Origin: Octopus vulgaris
Taxonomy: Eukaryota
Reading direction: 5' to 3'
Length of the DNA stretch: 64,000 nt
NCBI GenBank assembly: GCA_951406725.2
Contig: OX597817.1
Coordinates: 125,550,001 to 125,614,000 of the forward strand
The stretch's first letter is position 1. Every line of letters starts with the position of its first letter. The translations under genes were made by a program, and so were the position numbers. Shown here piece after piece: positions 26,657-38,820 of the stretch. The notes beneath the pieces were generated by a model. That model worked only from the letters and a program-made list of their open reading frames with translations, did no database searches and had not been told where the DNA came from.

Positions 26657-28138
26657 AGAAATGTGAGTGAGAAAATGATTTTTAACTGGGCATATAATAT
26701 TAAATATATTCTAATATTCTAAGCTCTTTATTATAGTTTTATAACATTAACCAGATCTGTCGGATTTGATGCCAGGTTAATAATGCAGCTAACACTACCA
26801 GAAAATCTGGAATTTTTATTCAACAGGCAGCTTATGCACAGAATTAGGTGTATAATCCAGAAACATAGCAAAATGCCTGTAGAAAATATTTGAACTGATA
26901 AATGAAGAGTTGACATTCCAATGTTGCATCAACTTGGCTTTTTTACCTCCACCAAAAGAATGTACATTTAATAATATATTTTGTCTAAAGAAATTTCATG
27001 AAGTCACTGACAATTTATGTTTTTTTACAGTAAAAATTGAAAAAAATTATGATTATTGAGTATATATGTTTCTTATATACTTCATCCGTCTATAACTTCC
27101 GATTTTTTTTCTTAAAATGTTTTTGTTTGTATTGAGACAGATTGCTTGAGGCAATCTCTTTGCATATGATGTTTTTTGAATTTGGTAGTCTATAATCAAT
27201 TATATTCATTGCTTTAGGGTTTAAAAATTCATTGCAATAAGTGTACTACTGCAAATAGAAGTGTAAACATGGCATGCTATTAGATTGAATAGTTAAAGAG
27301 GAGAATAAAGATACGAATATAGTCAAGTAGCAGTGTTATGTGTTAAGAAAAAATTCTTAATTAATTGAAATTTCCCTAAAAGTTGGAGAAAGAAAACAAA
27401 AGCCTTGTGGCAATTATTAGCAATACCCAAGGAAAATGGGAAGATAATTTCATAATAAGAATCAGAATTAATCTCTGAAAACTATGTGCATAGAGAAAGG
27501 AAAGTGTCATCTTTGGTCTCAGGCTAGAGAAAACTATGGACATGTATTAGTATTAAATGTTAAATGTGTTTTCTATTTACTGCTTCGATAGTTCTATATC
27601 TTTTTCATTTTAATGCAGTTAGTGTACAGCAATATGTTACTTTGAATCATGGGTTATATGAAAAATACGTTTAGTTCCAAATTCTCAAAGAAATTCCAAA
27701 ATGTAGCAATTAAAGTTAAAAAGTCAGATGTTAGATATAATAATTACTTCCAGGTGTTTCTAGTTAGAATAACATGTTTTCGTAATAGATCTTTCTTATT
27801 CTGCAATGCTACTAAAATGATTGTCGATGTCACTGTTCATTCATTTCATTTTCTCCTTCTCTCTTTCTCCTTTATAAATGATCACAATACAAAAAAATAA
27901 TTGTGGAAGTGTCCAAAGGAAAATTATGAAAAGCTTCATGAATCTTCCATAAATTATATCATGTGTAATGAAGGTGATACCGTCACCACAGCTGTTTAGA
28001 TTTTGAAATATGATGTGATATGATACATTATTAAATTTATAAAAAAACAGTGTTTCCTCCTCCTTGTATTACAATCTTTAACATTTTGTCCACTTTATGT
28101 GTATTAAAGAAAAACGTTAGTTTTTCATATTGTATATG

Positions 28139-28218
<80 letters not shown>

Positions 28219-28427
28219 GGTATGTAAAATATATATATGTATGTATATATATGTGTATGTGTATATATATATAGATGTATGTATATATATGTGTGTGCAT
28301 ATATATGTATGTATGCTTGTGTGTGTGTATATATATGTATGTATATATGTGTGCATATATATACGTATGTATATATGTGTGTATATGTACATATGTGTAT
28401 ATATATATATGTATGTGTGTATTATGT

Positions 28428-29215
28428 GTGACAAACTTATACACGAACATACCACACACCTTGGGTCTGGAAGCGATAAAACACTGGGTAGAAAACTACA
28501 GGGAATTCATAGATAAACGCTTCAAAACAGACTTTATCACCACAGCCACCCAATTAATACTTGAAGAAAACACATTCACATTTAACAACAAGACATACCG
28601 ACAGTTAAAGGGCACGGCTATGGGTACGAAATTCGAACCTTCATATGCCAACCTGATTATGGGTTTTCCTTGAGGAAAAAAGTATATGAGGAAATAGGGA
28701 AAATTTTCGAACACGACTTCAGAGAAGATATCAAGAAAAGTGGAAAAACTACCTCGATGATTGTTTCATCTTTTGGAACAGATCAGAAGAAGATCTACGA
28801 ATGTTCCACAACATCTTCAACACATGTACCCATCTATCAACTTTACGACAGCAACCAGCTATAATAAACTTCCCTTCCTCGACATCAACATCAAGATACA
28901 CAACTCCATCGACACGCCAGATATCTACTACAAAAAAAATGACACACCAATATTTAAATTTCTACTCCTGCCACCTATCCTACATAAAAAGAAACATTCC
29001 ATGTCAAGACGCATATGCAACATAGTGGTTGACTCACAAACCAAATAAAACTAAATGGACTTAAAAACTTCCTACTAGAACAGAAATACCCACTCAAATT
29101 AATAGAAAACAAAATCTCAAGAGCAATGAAACTGGACATCACACAACTCAGAACTCCAAAAACGAAAACAAAGAAAACATCACCCCATTCATAAACACAC
29201 ACAACCCTGGAGTTA
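28428..29215 (+). mobile_element. Penelope-like element reverse transcriptase fragment (pseudogene)
   Basis: [10 protein letters not shown]...FNNKTYRQLKGTAMGTKFEPSYANLIMG, WKNYLDDCFIFW, LPFLDI, DIYYK, YLNFYSCH: PLE RT motifs; frameshifted. Confidence 0.92.
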
Positions 29216-29219
29216 CCAA

Positions 29220-30015
29220 CGTTTCAAATTATACAATCAAACATACCTGTCTATTCTGTGGACTAACGAAAAGATACTTAATAGAATTTCTGAAAGACTA
29301 TCGAGATGACTACACGCATATAAATGTACATTTGCACAATGCAGTGAGAATGAATTTGGAGTAACCGTTAACTTAATGTAATTTTTATTTCACTTTAAGG
29401 TATGGTTGACTTAAATTTACTTTAAACCTCCCCGTCCTTTTAAAACCTACTAAATATCTAACTCGCTTTGTAATCATGAGTGCACCTAACCTCGCGTGTG
29501 CGTATGCTCACCTTTTTTGCTAATGCTTGTATGAGCGTGTGTACTCGTGCCATGCAGCTTGTCCGAGTGCGTTTAGACATACATATCTGTTAACGGTTAT
29601 TTTCAATATATTTCTCGCTGAATTAAGTGTTCGTTTCGCTTTTTGTCTTCTGCAATTTTCTTTTTGGATCTTCTATATATATATGAAGAATTTTCCTCTG
29701 TCTGGCTGTTTTTCTCTCTACAAGACGGAAAGTTGCATTATGGAACAGTCATTTTAACGTGTTTTATTTATTTATTTATTTATTTATCACCTGACGAGAT
29801 ACGTCTGCACTACCGGATACTCCTGAACCAGTTTCTTTGTGAGTCACACAAGAGGAGTTGATGCTAGATGTGTCGAAACAATTGTTGTGACCAATAATAT
29901 ATTCTTGTATATTCCATCTTCTGTCTTTCATTTGTTATTTACCTAACGATCACTCTGAAAGTGACCGTGCTTTACTAGTAAGCTACCAGGTGTAGACCAT
30001 TCGTTTTTATTATCC
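29220..30015 (+). mobile_element. PLE 3' / pseudo-LTR region
   Basis: Follows the PLE RT, contains a hammerhead, ends at (TA)n. Confidence 0.6.
29787..29890 (+). ncRNA. Type I hammerhead ribozyme with extended helix II
   Basis: tcac-CTGACGA-gatacgtct...agatgtgtc-GAA-acaattgt-t-gtga; stem I tcac/gtga, 9-bp helix II base with 2 GU pairs, palindromic stem III. Confidence 0.85.
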
Positions 30016-30094
<79 letters not shown>

Positions 30095-30106
<12 letters not shown>

Positions 30107-30390
30107 GCATCCTTTTTGTCTCGGGAGACAAAGGAGTTGTGCATAAAATAATCTAGTCTGGCTTTTACATTTCATGTCCTAATACATCTCCCGCCGTGGT
30201 TGTGTAGTCCTATCCTGGACAAACACTCCCTCTGGCAGGTGCCACAAATGTAATGAAGACTTTGCCTGGCTAGTTGTAATGTCATAGTTTCTTGTTGATG
30301 TGTTTTCTTGTCTTTCCATTTCTCCTCTCTCCCTCTGTCACTCCTTTGTGTTCCCTCTTTTACGGTACGTCGCCAACCTCCATGGTTGCT
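30095..30390 (-). mobile_element. RTE (BovB-like) 3' end with C-terminal C2H2-like finger and (CAA)n tail
   Basis: Reverse strand GWRRTVKEG...YICGTCQR..SRIGLHNH; ends gtctcccgagac...ggatgccaacaacaac. Confidence 0.8.
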
Positions 30391-30394
30391 GGCA

Positions 30395-30627
30395 ACTGCT
30401 CACCAAGGCTATTGACTCCCTAGCCAGTAACAAGGCTCCGGGGAAAAGATAGCATTTCCTCAGAGATCATCAAAGCCGGCAAAAACACCATCCTGCTTCG
30501 GCACCTTCATGAGCTTATGTGTCAGTACTGGGAAGAGGGTACAGCCCCTCAGGATATGCGGGATGCTAACATCATTACGCTTTATAAAAACGAAGGTGAC
30601 CATGGTGATTGTAACAATTACTGTGGA

Positions 30628-30630
<3 letters not shown>
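30395..30630 (+). mobile_element. RTE RT N-terminal fragment, inverted relative to the adjacent 3' end
   Basis: KAIDSLASNKAPG..EIIKAG..WEEGTAPQDMRDANIITLYKNEGDHGDCNNYCGI. Confidence 0.9.
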
Positions 30631-30679
<49 letters not shown>

Positions 30680-32085
30680 ACAGTGGTGTTGCTGTTATGT
30701 GTCAGCTCTTTGTCAGCTCTGAGAAAGCAAATCCATGATCAAAAACATTTCAAGAATGTCAACATAGAATTTTTAGGACTATCTGGAACAACATTATGCA
30801 ATAAGCCTTTATTTTTATGAGACAATTTAATACAATTTTAGGGAGATCTAGTAGCTATTTTCAGCATTCCAAGTGACAACATATAAGTATTTGTACTATT
30901 GTAATGTAATAGGTTTGATTCAATCAATTTATACAATTTCTCTATAAAACAGAAATAGTTTTTGTGCTTAAGTCTCGGAAAATAATATAAATCATGCATG
31001 ACCCTGTGGAATGATGTATCACTGACAAAAAGCAATAAAGCAGAATAATGAAAGCAAGATCAAAGAATACTCATATATTATCAGTTCAGTTCAACTCAGT
31101 TGACTAAGTGTTGTCATCAATTGTCTATAACATGATATCCTACAACAAATATAAATAAATATTTAGTTAAGTTATCTTTAACAAATAAATGCCTCATGGA
31201 AGAGTAAGGTCTCTTTTATCTCATAGACTTTGTGCCATAATAAAATGGTCCCAGAATTCTATGTAAAGTGGTTGGTGAATGAACAGAAGCAATTTTGTTT
31301 TGAAAGCACCTTTTGCTCTTGTTGAAGACACAATAGCTTCTCTAGTGCTTGAGGCATGATTGAATGACTTAATAAAGTAATTTCTGATAAAAAAAAGAAT
31401 ATCCAGTCATAAAAGCCAATTCAAAAGTGAACTGTATGCTCAAGATGTGGTTCTCTGAGCTGTTTAGGAGCGAAGTAGCTTTGAACACGAATTGACTCAA
31501 GCAGTAAGGATTTGTCTTGCCTGTGCAAGCATGGCAGTCAGGTATAAGAAGTAATCTAACAACACTTGTTGGTAAAATGCAGCCTGAATCCATTTTGAAT
31601 GTATATTGGTTTTTTCTAAATTGACACATTGCAACAATTTTTTTTGTGTGGGTTTGTTGTTATGGTCAATGAAACCAGCTTTGGTACGTAAATTGTACTT
31701 TATTTTATTGAACTTGTAAAAACTAATCTCAAGAAGCTGAACCTGATGAAGAGATGACAAAGAAGCATTATAAATTGAAGCTTGTGAAACTAGAGAAAAG
31801 ATGTCCACTGGTGTAGATATGACAAAACAATCCTTCAAATAATGGTAGAACTGGGAGCCTGAATTTGTAATATATCTTTGCATTAGTTTTACCCTCATAT
31901 ATATTCTTATTAAATCTTATCTTCTTCCTTCGGTATTACCTTTTCTCATCACGCTCCAGTTCACCATATCATGCTACCAATCGTCTATCCCTGTACCTGC
32001 ATAATGTGGGATTTGAACTTAGAATATAAGGACTAGTAACAAAATACTGCAGAAGAATTTGTCGGTCACTCTACTAATTCTGGTG

Positions 32086-32316
32086 AAGGTATGTAGCTGG
32101 CATAAACGTTAGCACGCTGGGCAAAATTCTTAGCGGTATTTCGTCTGCCGCTACGTTCTGAGTTCAAATTCCGCTGAGGTCGACTTTCATCCTTTCGGGG
32201 TCGATTAAATAAGTACCAGTTACGCACTGGGGTCGATATAATCGACTTAATCCGTTTGTCTGTCCTTGTTTGTCCTCTCTGTGTTTAGCCCCTTGTGGGT
32301 AGTAAAGAAATAGGTA
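32086..32316 (+). mobile_element. SINE family C
   Basis: Matches 26422-26656. Confidence 0.9.
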
Positions 32317-32365
32317 TGTGACTGAGCAGTTATAATAATCTTCTGATTAGCATAAAAAAAAATTC

Positions 32366-32750
32366 TGCGGGCATGGCTGAATGGTGAGTAGCTTGCTTCC
32401 CAACCACATAGTTCTGGGTTCAGTCCCACTGCGTGACATCTTAGGCAAGTGTCTTCTACTATAGCCACAGTCTGACCAAAGCCTTGTGAGTGGATTTGGT
32501 TGACAAAAAATGAAAGAAGCCCATTGTGTGTGTGTGTGTGTGTGTGCTTTTGTGTCTTTGTTTGTACCTCCTCACCACTTGACAACTGGTGTTAGCGTAT
32601 TTACATCTCCATAATTTAGCAGTTCAGCAGAAGCCTGGCTAATAAACAATATAAGTACTGGAGTTAATTCATTTGACTAAAAATTCTGCAAGATGGTGCC
32701 CAAGCATGGCTTCAGTCTCGTGATGGAAACATGTAAAAGGTGAAAAATAA
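32366..32750 (+). mobile_element. SINE family B (older copy)
   Basis: Matches 2591-2996. Confidence 0.85.
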
Positions 32751-32779
32751 AAGATAAAGATGAATCAACTCCAAATCCA

Positions 32780-33640
32780 TTATTTACATTATTTACATTC
32801 GACAGATATTTATCCTCATCTTGTTTGTTGTTAATACAAGATTTCGGCTGATATACCCTCCAGCCTTCTTCATGTGTCTTGGGAAAATTTCGAACCTGGG
32901 TTCTCATTCCTAAGGTATTTTCCGATATTACTGAGTGAGAGAGCAGCGCATGCAATCAAAGTGACACTGGGGTAAAATATACGAAGCCCAGTATACCCAT
33001 CATGACTACCCATCTGATAAGGGTAAACCAGGCACATGCATCGCAACCATATGTGCACGACATGGTGATTTCATATCAGGATAAACAGTGCATGACCTTG
33101 CAGGTGGGGCCCAGTTAGAATTTTCTTCTGGTCAAGTAGCCCATCCCGCTCAAAAGGTCCCTGAATAAGGATTGTTTAAGGATGTTGAACGAACCACCCT
33201 ATGTTTCCAAAGGTGAATTATCCAAACCTCCAAATATTCCTTTCAACACATGGCTATGATGCTCCCCCACTACTTCTGCTCATGATCAGCGATGCACATA
33301 TCGTCAGCCACTAAGAGACATGCTCAAATGCTAAAGGTCAAACAACTGACAAGCAAATCTGTGGTATTGAGCAGAATATTTGCTGTAGCCCATCTTGTAT
33401 ACGAAGACAAACCAATGTACATGATAACACTTCCAATCAGTTAAGATCAGAAGTCATGAAAGCCACTGTCTGGTACTGCATCAGGGCATATATTATATTC
33501 CAATATTATTATTATTATTATTATTATCATTATTATTATTGATCAGGTCACTGCTTGGAATTGAACTCGGAATATTGGGGTTAGTAGCCCACGCTCTTAA
33601 CCACTACACCATATGCTCACAAGCATATGGTGTAGTGGTT
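32780..33640 (-). mobile_element. tRNA-headed, (TAA)n- and hammerhead-like-containing short element, interrupted by a ~560-bp insert
   Basis: Head 33618-33541, TAA tract, insert 32932-33489, body 32930-32780 with ggctg/cagcc hairpin; head-body junction seen uninterrupted at 48148-48249. Confidence 0.65.
32932..33489. mobile_element. ~560-bp (TAA)n-associated interspersed repeat
   Basis: Reverse complement of 48337-48891; partial copies at 45510-45876 and 48920-49325. Confidence 0.9.
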
Positions 33641-33723
33641 TGTCTTATCTTAAAAAGAGAAAGAACACATTGTTTACTAAAATGGTAATTTGATCTTTAT
33701 TGTCTTCAATATTAAGAATTTAT

Positions 33724-33950
33724 AAAGCGGCGAGGTGGCAGAATCGTTAGCACGCCGGGCGAAATGCGTAGCCTTATTTTGTCTGCCACTACGTTCTGAG
33801 TTCAAATTCTGCCGAGGTCAACTTTGCTTTCGCTTCTTTCAGTGGTGGTGGTGGGTCGATGGATTAAGTACCAGTTGCATACTGGGGTCGATCTAATTGA
33901 CTGGCCCTTCCCCCAAAATTTTTGACCTTGTGCCTACAGTAGAAAAGAAT
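33724..33950 (+). mobile_element. SINE family C (alternative tail)
   Basis: Family C head followed by ccccaaaattt..ccttgtgcctacagtagaaaag. Confidence 0.85.
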
Positions 33951-34954
33951 ATTAAGTATTCAGTTGTTCATTCGACTGAACTATATGCTTCCGGAATTAG
34001 CATGTTATTGGCTGAGTACTAAACAGATACATGTTCTGTTAAAATAGTCATTTAACAGAATCGCCATAACACAGTGTGTGAGAAAGCTGAATCATTGAAT
34101 CACAAATAGAATCCATCTGATGGGCTTCAATGAAGTTTCAGTCTACACAATTTGACTTACAAAGTTTAGGTTGAAAATATTTGTCTAAGATACTATACAG
34201 CAGTTTTGTGGTTGTAAAATATACTTCTTATCCATTCAGCCATACTGCATGCACTAATATTGTTTAATGTAATTTTAAGTACATTATACTATAATAAATG
34301 ATGGAATGGTCTTGGTTTGAATATTTTAATCACAGGTCTGTTTGATCAAGGCTGACTTGGAGTTAAACAACAATCTGGTGATCATGTGAAAACCAATAAA
34401 ATATATTTCCAACACTTGTTAAAAGATATTTCTTTATTGTCAATAAATATACTTACTTACCTTTTTATGAAGTTTATCTTCAACTTGAACCTCTAACAAC
34501 TAATGTTTTCAATTGGGTTCAGTGAAAATATCTCCAAGAAGAAAAATATATGTAAAAAAATTGGTTTTCATTTTATAATTCATCAAATTCACTAAATTGA
34601 AATAAATAAAAAAACTCTCCTGAAATCTCTAATTATGAATCATCAATTTCAATAAAAGTGTAGTTAAAACACAGTTTGAGTGGTAGCAATTTAGAATTGT
34701 ATTTAATTTCATGAGAACATTTGATATTGAATAAAACACAAGTCGGAATGCAAAGAGCATTGATTAAAACAGCAAACAAATAGAAATTTATTAATATTTA
34801 ATTAAAATTAAGAGAAATTAACAACATAAGTATATATACAATTATATATATATATACACACACACATGCATGCACATATATATACATAGATGTATATATC
34901 TGTATGTATAAACATATATATGTATATATATATGTGTGTGTGTGTGCGTATGTA

Positions 34955-35003
<49 letters not shown>

Positions 35004-35641
35004 ATATATTAAATACAACTTGGATATTATTACTTTCTGTAAGCATTAAATTTGGTGTATATATTAATGACATCAAACGTAGTGTATTAAAAATTATGTT
35101 CAAATATAAAGAAGACTAATATCAGTCATTTCAGAAAAGAAAGAAAAAAGAAACAAATAGAACAAGTTATACAAGATACAAAAAAGAAAATTACACTTGA
35201 GAAAAAGTTAAATATAAGTACAAATATAAATAAGAGATTCACTCTAACTGAAAATAAATTAATTTTTGCTAATAAAATTGTCCTTTAAAATTTGTCTTTT
35301 TATTGAAAATTTCTTCTTTTCCTATGAAAATGATCAAGTAATATGAACACTGGTATAATTTCTCTTAGAAATCTCTCATATAGAAATATCTATTCAAGAT
35401 ACATTACATATGAAATATATTTGTCTCTGTTTTCATTATGTTTGTATACATTTTTCCCTAAAATTTCCCTTATTTGAGTATTTCTTCATCGAAAATTTAA
35501 TATCAGTCTAAAAGGCAATCTAATATTTTAATTCACAATTTAATTATATGTAAGATACTATGGATTTTTAAAGGTGCGCTCTAATTCAGCTTTGGCATTC
35601 ATTAAGTTTTGAATCGTGGTCGTTGTTGCTGTTCAACCCTT

Positions 35642-36151
35642 GTGACCCCCTTTGGTCATGAATGACAAGGGGATTGCACCTAGAAAGTTACCCTCCGAGG
35701 CACAAGTCTGGGCAAGGTTGTTTATGGAAGACCAGCAGTCACCCATGCATACGAGCCTTCCCTCTCCATGCCACCGATGTTATCCATGGGAAAGGTAAAG
35801 TCTGATACAGCTTGGCACCAGTGATGTCGCAACTCATTTATTAACGTGCAAGTGGCTGAGCATTTCACAAATACATGAACCATTAATGTAGTTCTCAGGG
35901 AGATTCAGCATGACACAGAGTGTGACAAGGTTGGCCCTTTGAAATACAGGTACAACAGAATTAGGAAGAAAGTGTGACAGAAAGTTGTGAAAGAGTACAG
36001 CAGGGTTCACCACCACACCCTGCCAGAGCCTCGTGGTGCTTTAAGTGTCTTTTTTGCTCACTAAACACTCACAATGCCTAGTCTGGGAATCAAAACCGCG
36101 ATCCTACAACTGCGAGTCCACTGCCCTAACCACTGGGCCATTGTGCCTTCA
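35642..36151 (-). mobile_element. Composite SINE family A with 13-bp TSD
   Basis: TSD ctgttcaaccctt at 35629-35641 and 36152-36164; family A head at the 36151 end. Confidence 0.85.
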
Positions 36152-36859
36152 CTGTTCAACCCTTAATCAGCCATAATGAAGTAGCCTTATGACCAAAAGT
36201 ATTCCAGCTGCAACCATCTCATTTTTATGTATATTGTTTTTCAATAAATTGTTCTTTTGTCAAGGTAGCTAAGATGCAATTAGAAAATTTTGCTATTTAT
36301 CATACATCTCGCAACTCTGAAGAGGTTTCTTTGTTTCATTTACTCCTCAACAATCACATCTTTGTAAGATTTAAATACAGAATATGAGGGATTTTTACTA
36401 AATACTGTAAGGTAAACTATCCAGCCCAGCATTGATTCTGCCACATACTAATAATAATAACAACAACAACAACAACAACAGCAACAATAATGCTTTCAAA
36501 TTCTGGTACAAAGCCAGCAAATTTGGGGCTGGGGATAAGTCAGTTACATAAATCCCAGTGCTTAACTGGTACTTATTTTATTGAGCTTGAAAGGAAGAAA
36601 GGCAAAACCAGCCCAGTGGAATTTGCATTCACAATGTTAACTCCCACACTCTCTCTAGGTTTCTGCCCCTATTCTTGTTAATTTACACTCCCTTTCTCTC
36701 CCTCTCTTTCTTTTCAACTTTCTCTTTCTCTCTCTCTCTCTCTCTGGCTGGGTAACAATAGACCACCTGTACAGCAAGACATCTGATTTTGCCTCTCTGT
36801 ATCGTTTCAATCTTTCATCCCCTCCTCCAATGCCCATTCCCCTCTCAAAGACCCTTTAT

Positions 36860-37185
36860 TTTGTGAAGTCACTTGGTGGCCCCACTAGTGCAGGTACCAC
36901 TTAGAAAGCACCCAGTCCTCATTGTAAAGTGGTTGGCATTTGGAAGGGCATCCAGCTGTAAAAACCATACCAAAACTGACCTTGCCTGTGTGAGTGCCAT
37001 GTAAATAGCACTCAGCCCACTCTATGGAGCAGTTGGTGTTAGGAAGGGCATCCAGCATTGAAAACTATGTCAAAACAGACACAGAAGAATGGCATAGGCT
37101 CCTGCCTGGCCAGCTCCTGTCAAATTGTCCAACACATGCCAGCACGGAAGGTGGATGTTAAACGTTGATGATGATGATGATGAAT
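36860..37185 (+). mobile_element. RTE-related non-autonomous repeat (aggaagggcatccagc module twice) with (TGA)n tail
   Basis: Two ggaagggcatccagc modules; ends gatgttaaacgttgatgatgatg. Confidence 0.75.
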
Positions 37186-37251
37186 GTGAAGTCAGATGAA
37201 ATCTGCTAAGCATTATACCTGGTGTGATAATGATTCTGCCAGCTTGTCATC

Positions 37252-37440
<189 letters not shown>

Positions 37441-37442
37441 AA

Positions 37443-37940
37443 TTAAAGCTAATAAACTGGATACTATTATAAAAGATCAGACAAAAAAGGTGTGTTTATT
37501 AATTGACATGAGTATTCCTTGTGATCTCAATATAGCAGCGAAAGAATTTGACAAGATCAGTAAATATAAAGATTTGCTAATAGAAAAGGAAAAAATGTAG
37601 CATCTCAAGGCGACTACGGTACCAGCGATTGTAGGATCTCTACGAATGATAAAAAAGGGTACTGAAACCTATTTGAAAATGATACCAGGCTTACCATCCC
37701 TACAGGAAGTGCAAAAAATCGTGTTAACTGGAATAGCTGATGCACTGAGAAGAGCATTATCGCTGTGAAAACAACATTCATTCATGAATTTATTTGTTTA
37801 TTTATTTTTTAAATACATATTTTACCTGTGAATTTGTGTGTGTAATCTGGGAATGCATACAATGAGCTTCTCTGCCCTAGATGTATGGAAAACACTCGGC
37901 GCGAAACAGAAGAAAATTTGAAGAAATAAGGAAAAAATAA
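37443..37940 (+). mobile_element. R4/Dong-like LINE 3' end in (TAA)n
   Basis: KANKLDTIIKDQTKKVCLLIDMSIPCD...KISKYKDL...TTVPAIVGSL...QKIVLTGIADALRRALSL* (stop 37766-37768), 3' UTR, then aataataac. Confidence 0.88.
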
Positions 37941-38374
37941 TAATAACAATAATAATAATAATAACAATGACTACGATGATGATGATTCATTTTCTTTTTC
38001 TTTGCTGCTTCACACATTGAAAAAAAATATTCATTAACATTGAAGAGGAAATAAGAAGGCAAACCGATAATGATTAATAAATCTTTTGATGGGTTCTTGT
38101 ACTACTAATTAAATTACTTTTAAAATTCTATTACATGTCATCTAATATAAATTTGCATTGCTAACTTTTGCACTAATTGCCATCAGGCCAGCCCTTGGCA
38201 CAAGTGAAATCAGCAGAATACAATTGCACAATCTAGAACAAAGCATGGAAAACAATACAAGTGAAACACCATCAATCAATTCAAAATTAAAACAGAAAAG
38301 CATACTTTGCATTTAGTTAACAGGACATATGGAAAATGGATTGTGCATGATGGTGCATTATTAAAAATAAATAA

Positions 38375-38820
38375 AATGATGGTTTCAAATTTTGGTGCAT
38401 GGTCAATAATTTTCAGGAAGAGGGTATGTCAGTTATATCGATCCCATTTCTTAACGGATATTTATTTTATTGACCATGGAAGGATGGAAAACAAAATTGA
38501 CTTTGGTGGAATTTGAACACCCAATGTAAAGTTGGACGAAATTCCGCTTAGCATTTTGCTGGGCATGCTAATGATTCTGGCAGTTCACCACCTTGAAGTA
38601 CTCTTCAATAATTGTTTCGAATTTTGGCACAATGCCAGCAATTTTGGAGAAGAGTTTAAGTCAATTAACTTAACCTCAGTGCATAACTGGTACTTATTTT
38701 ATCGACCCAAAAGGATGAAAGGCATAGTAAACCTAAAAGGAATTTGAACACAGAATGGAAACATGGACAAAATGCCACTAAGCATTTTGCCCTGTGTGCT
38801 AACGATTCTGCCAGCTCAGT
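38375..38820 (-). mobile_element. Two tandem degenerate SINE family C copies
   Basis: Reverse-complement heads at ~38595 and ~38820. Confidence 0.75.

Noticed and set aside
28037-28516. Multiple 60-140 aa ORFs rich in Y/I/C/V/H/T (also 4343-4577, 20865-21149, 34798-35119, 50892-51329, 57630-57944)
   Set aside because: Translations of TA/TG microsatellites
31497-31898. 133-aa minus-strand ORF
   Set aside because: No recognisable motifs; composition reflects AT-rich DNA
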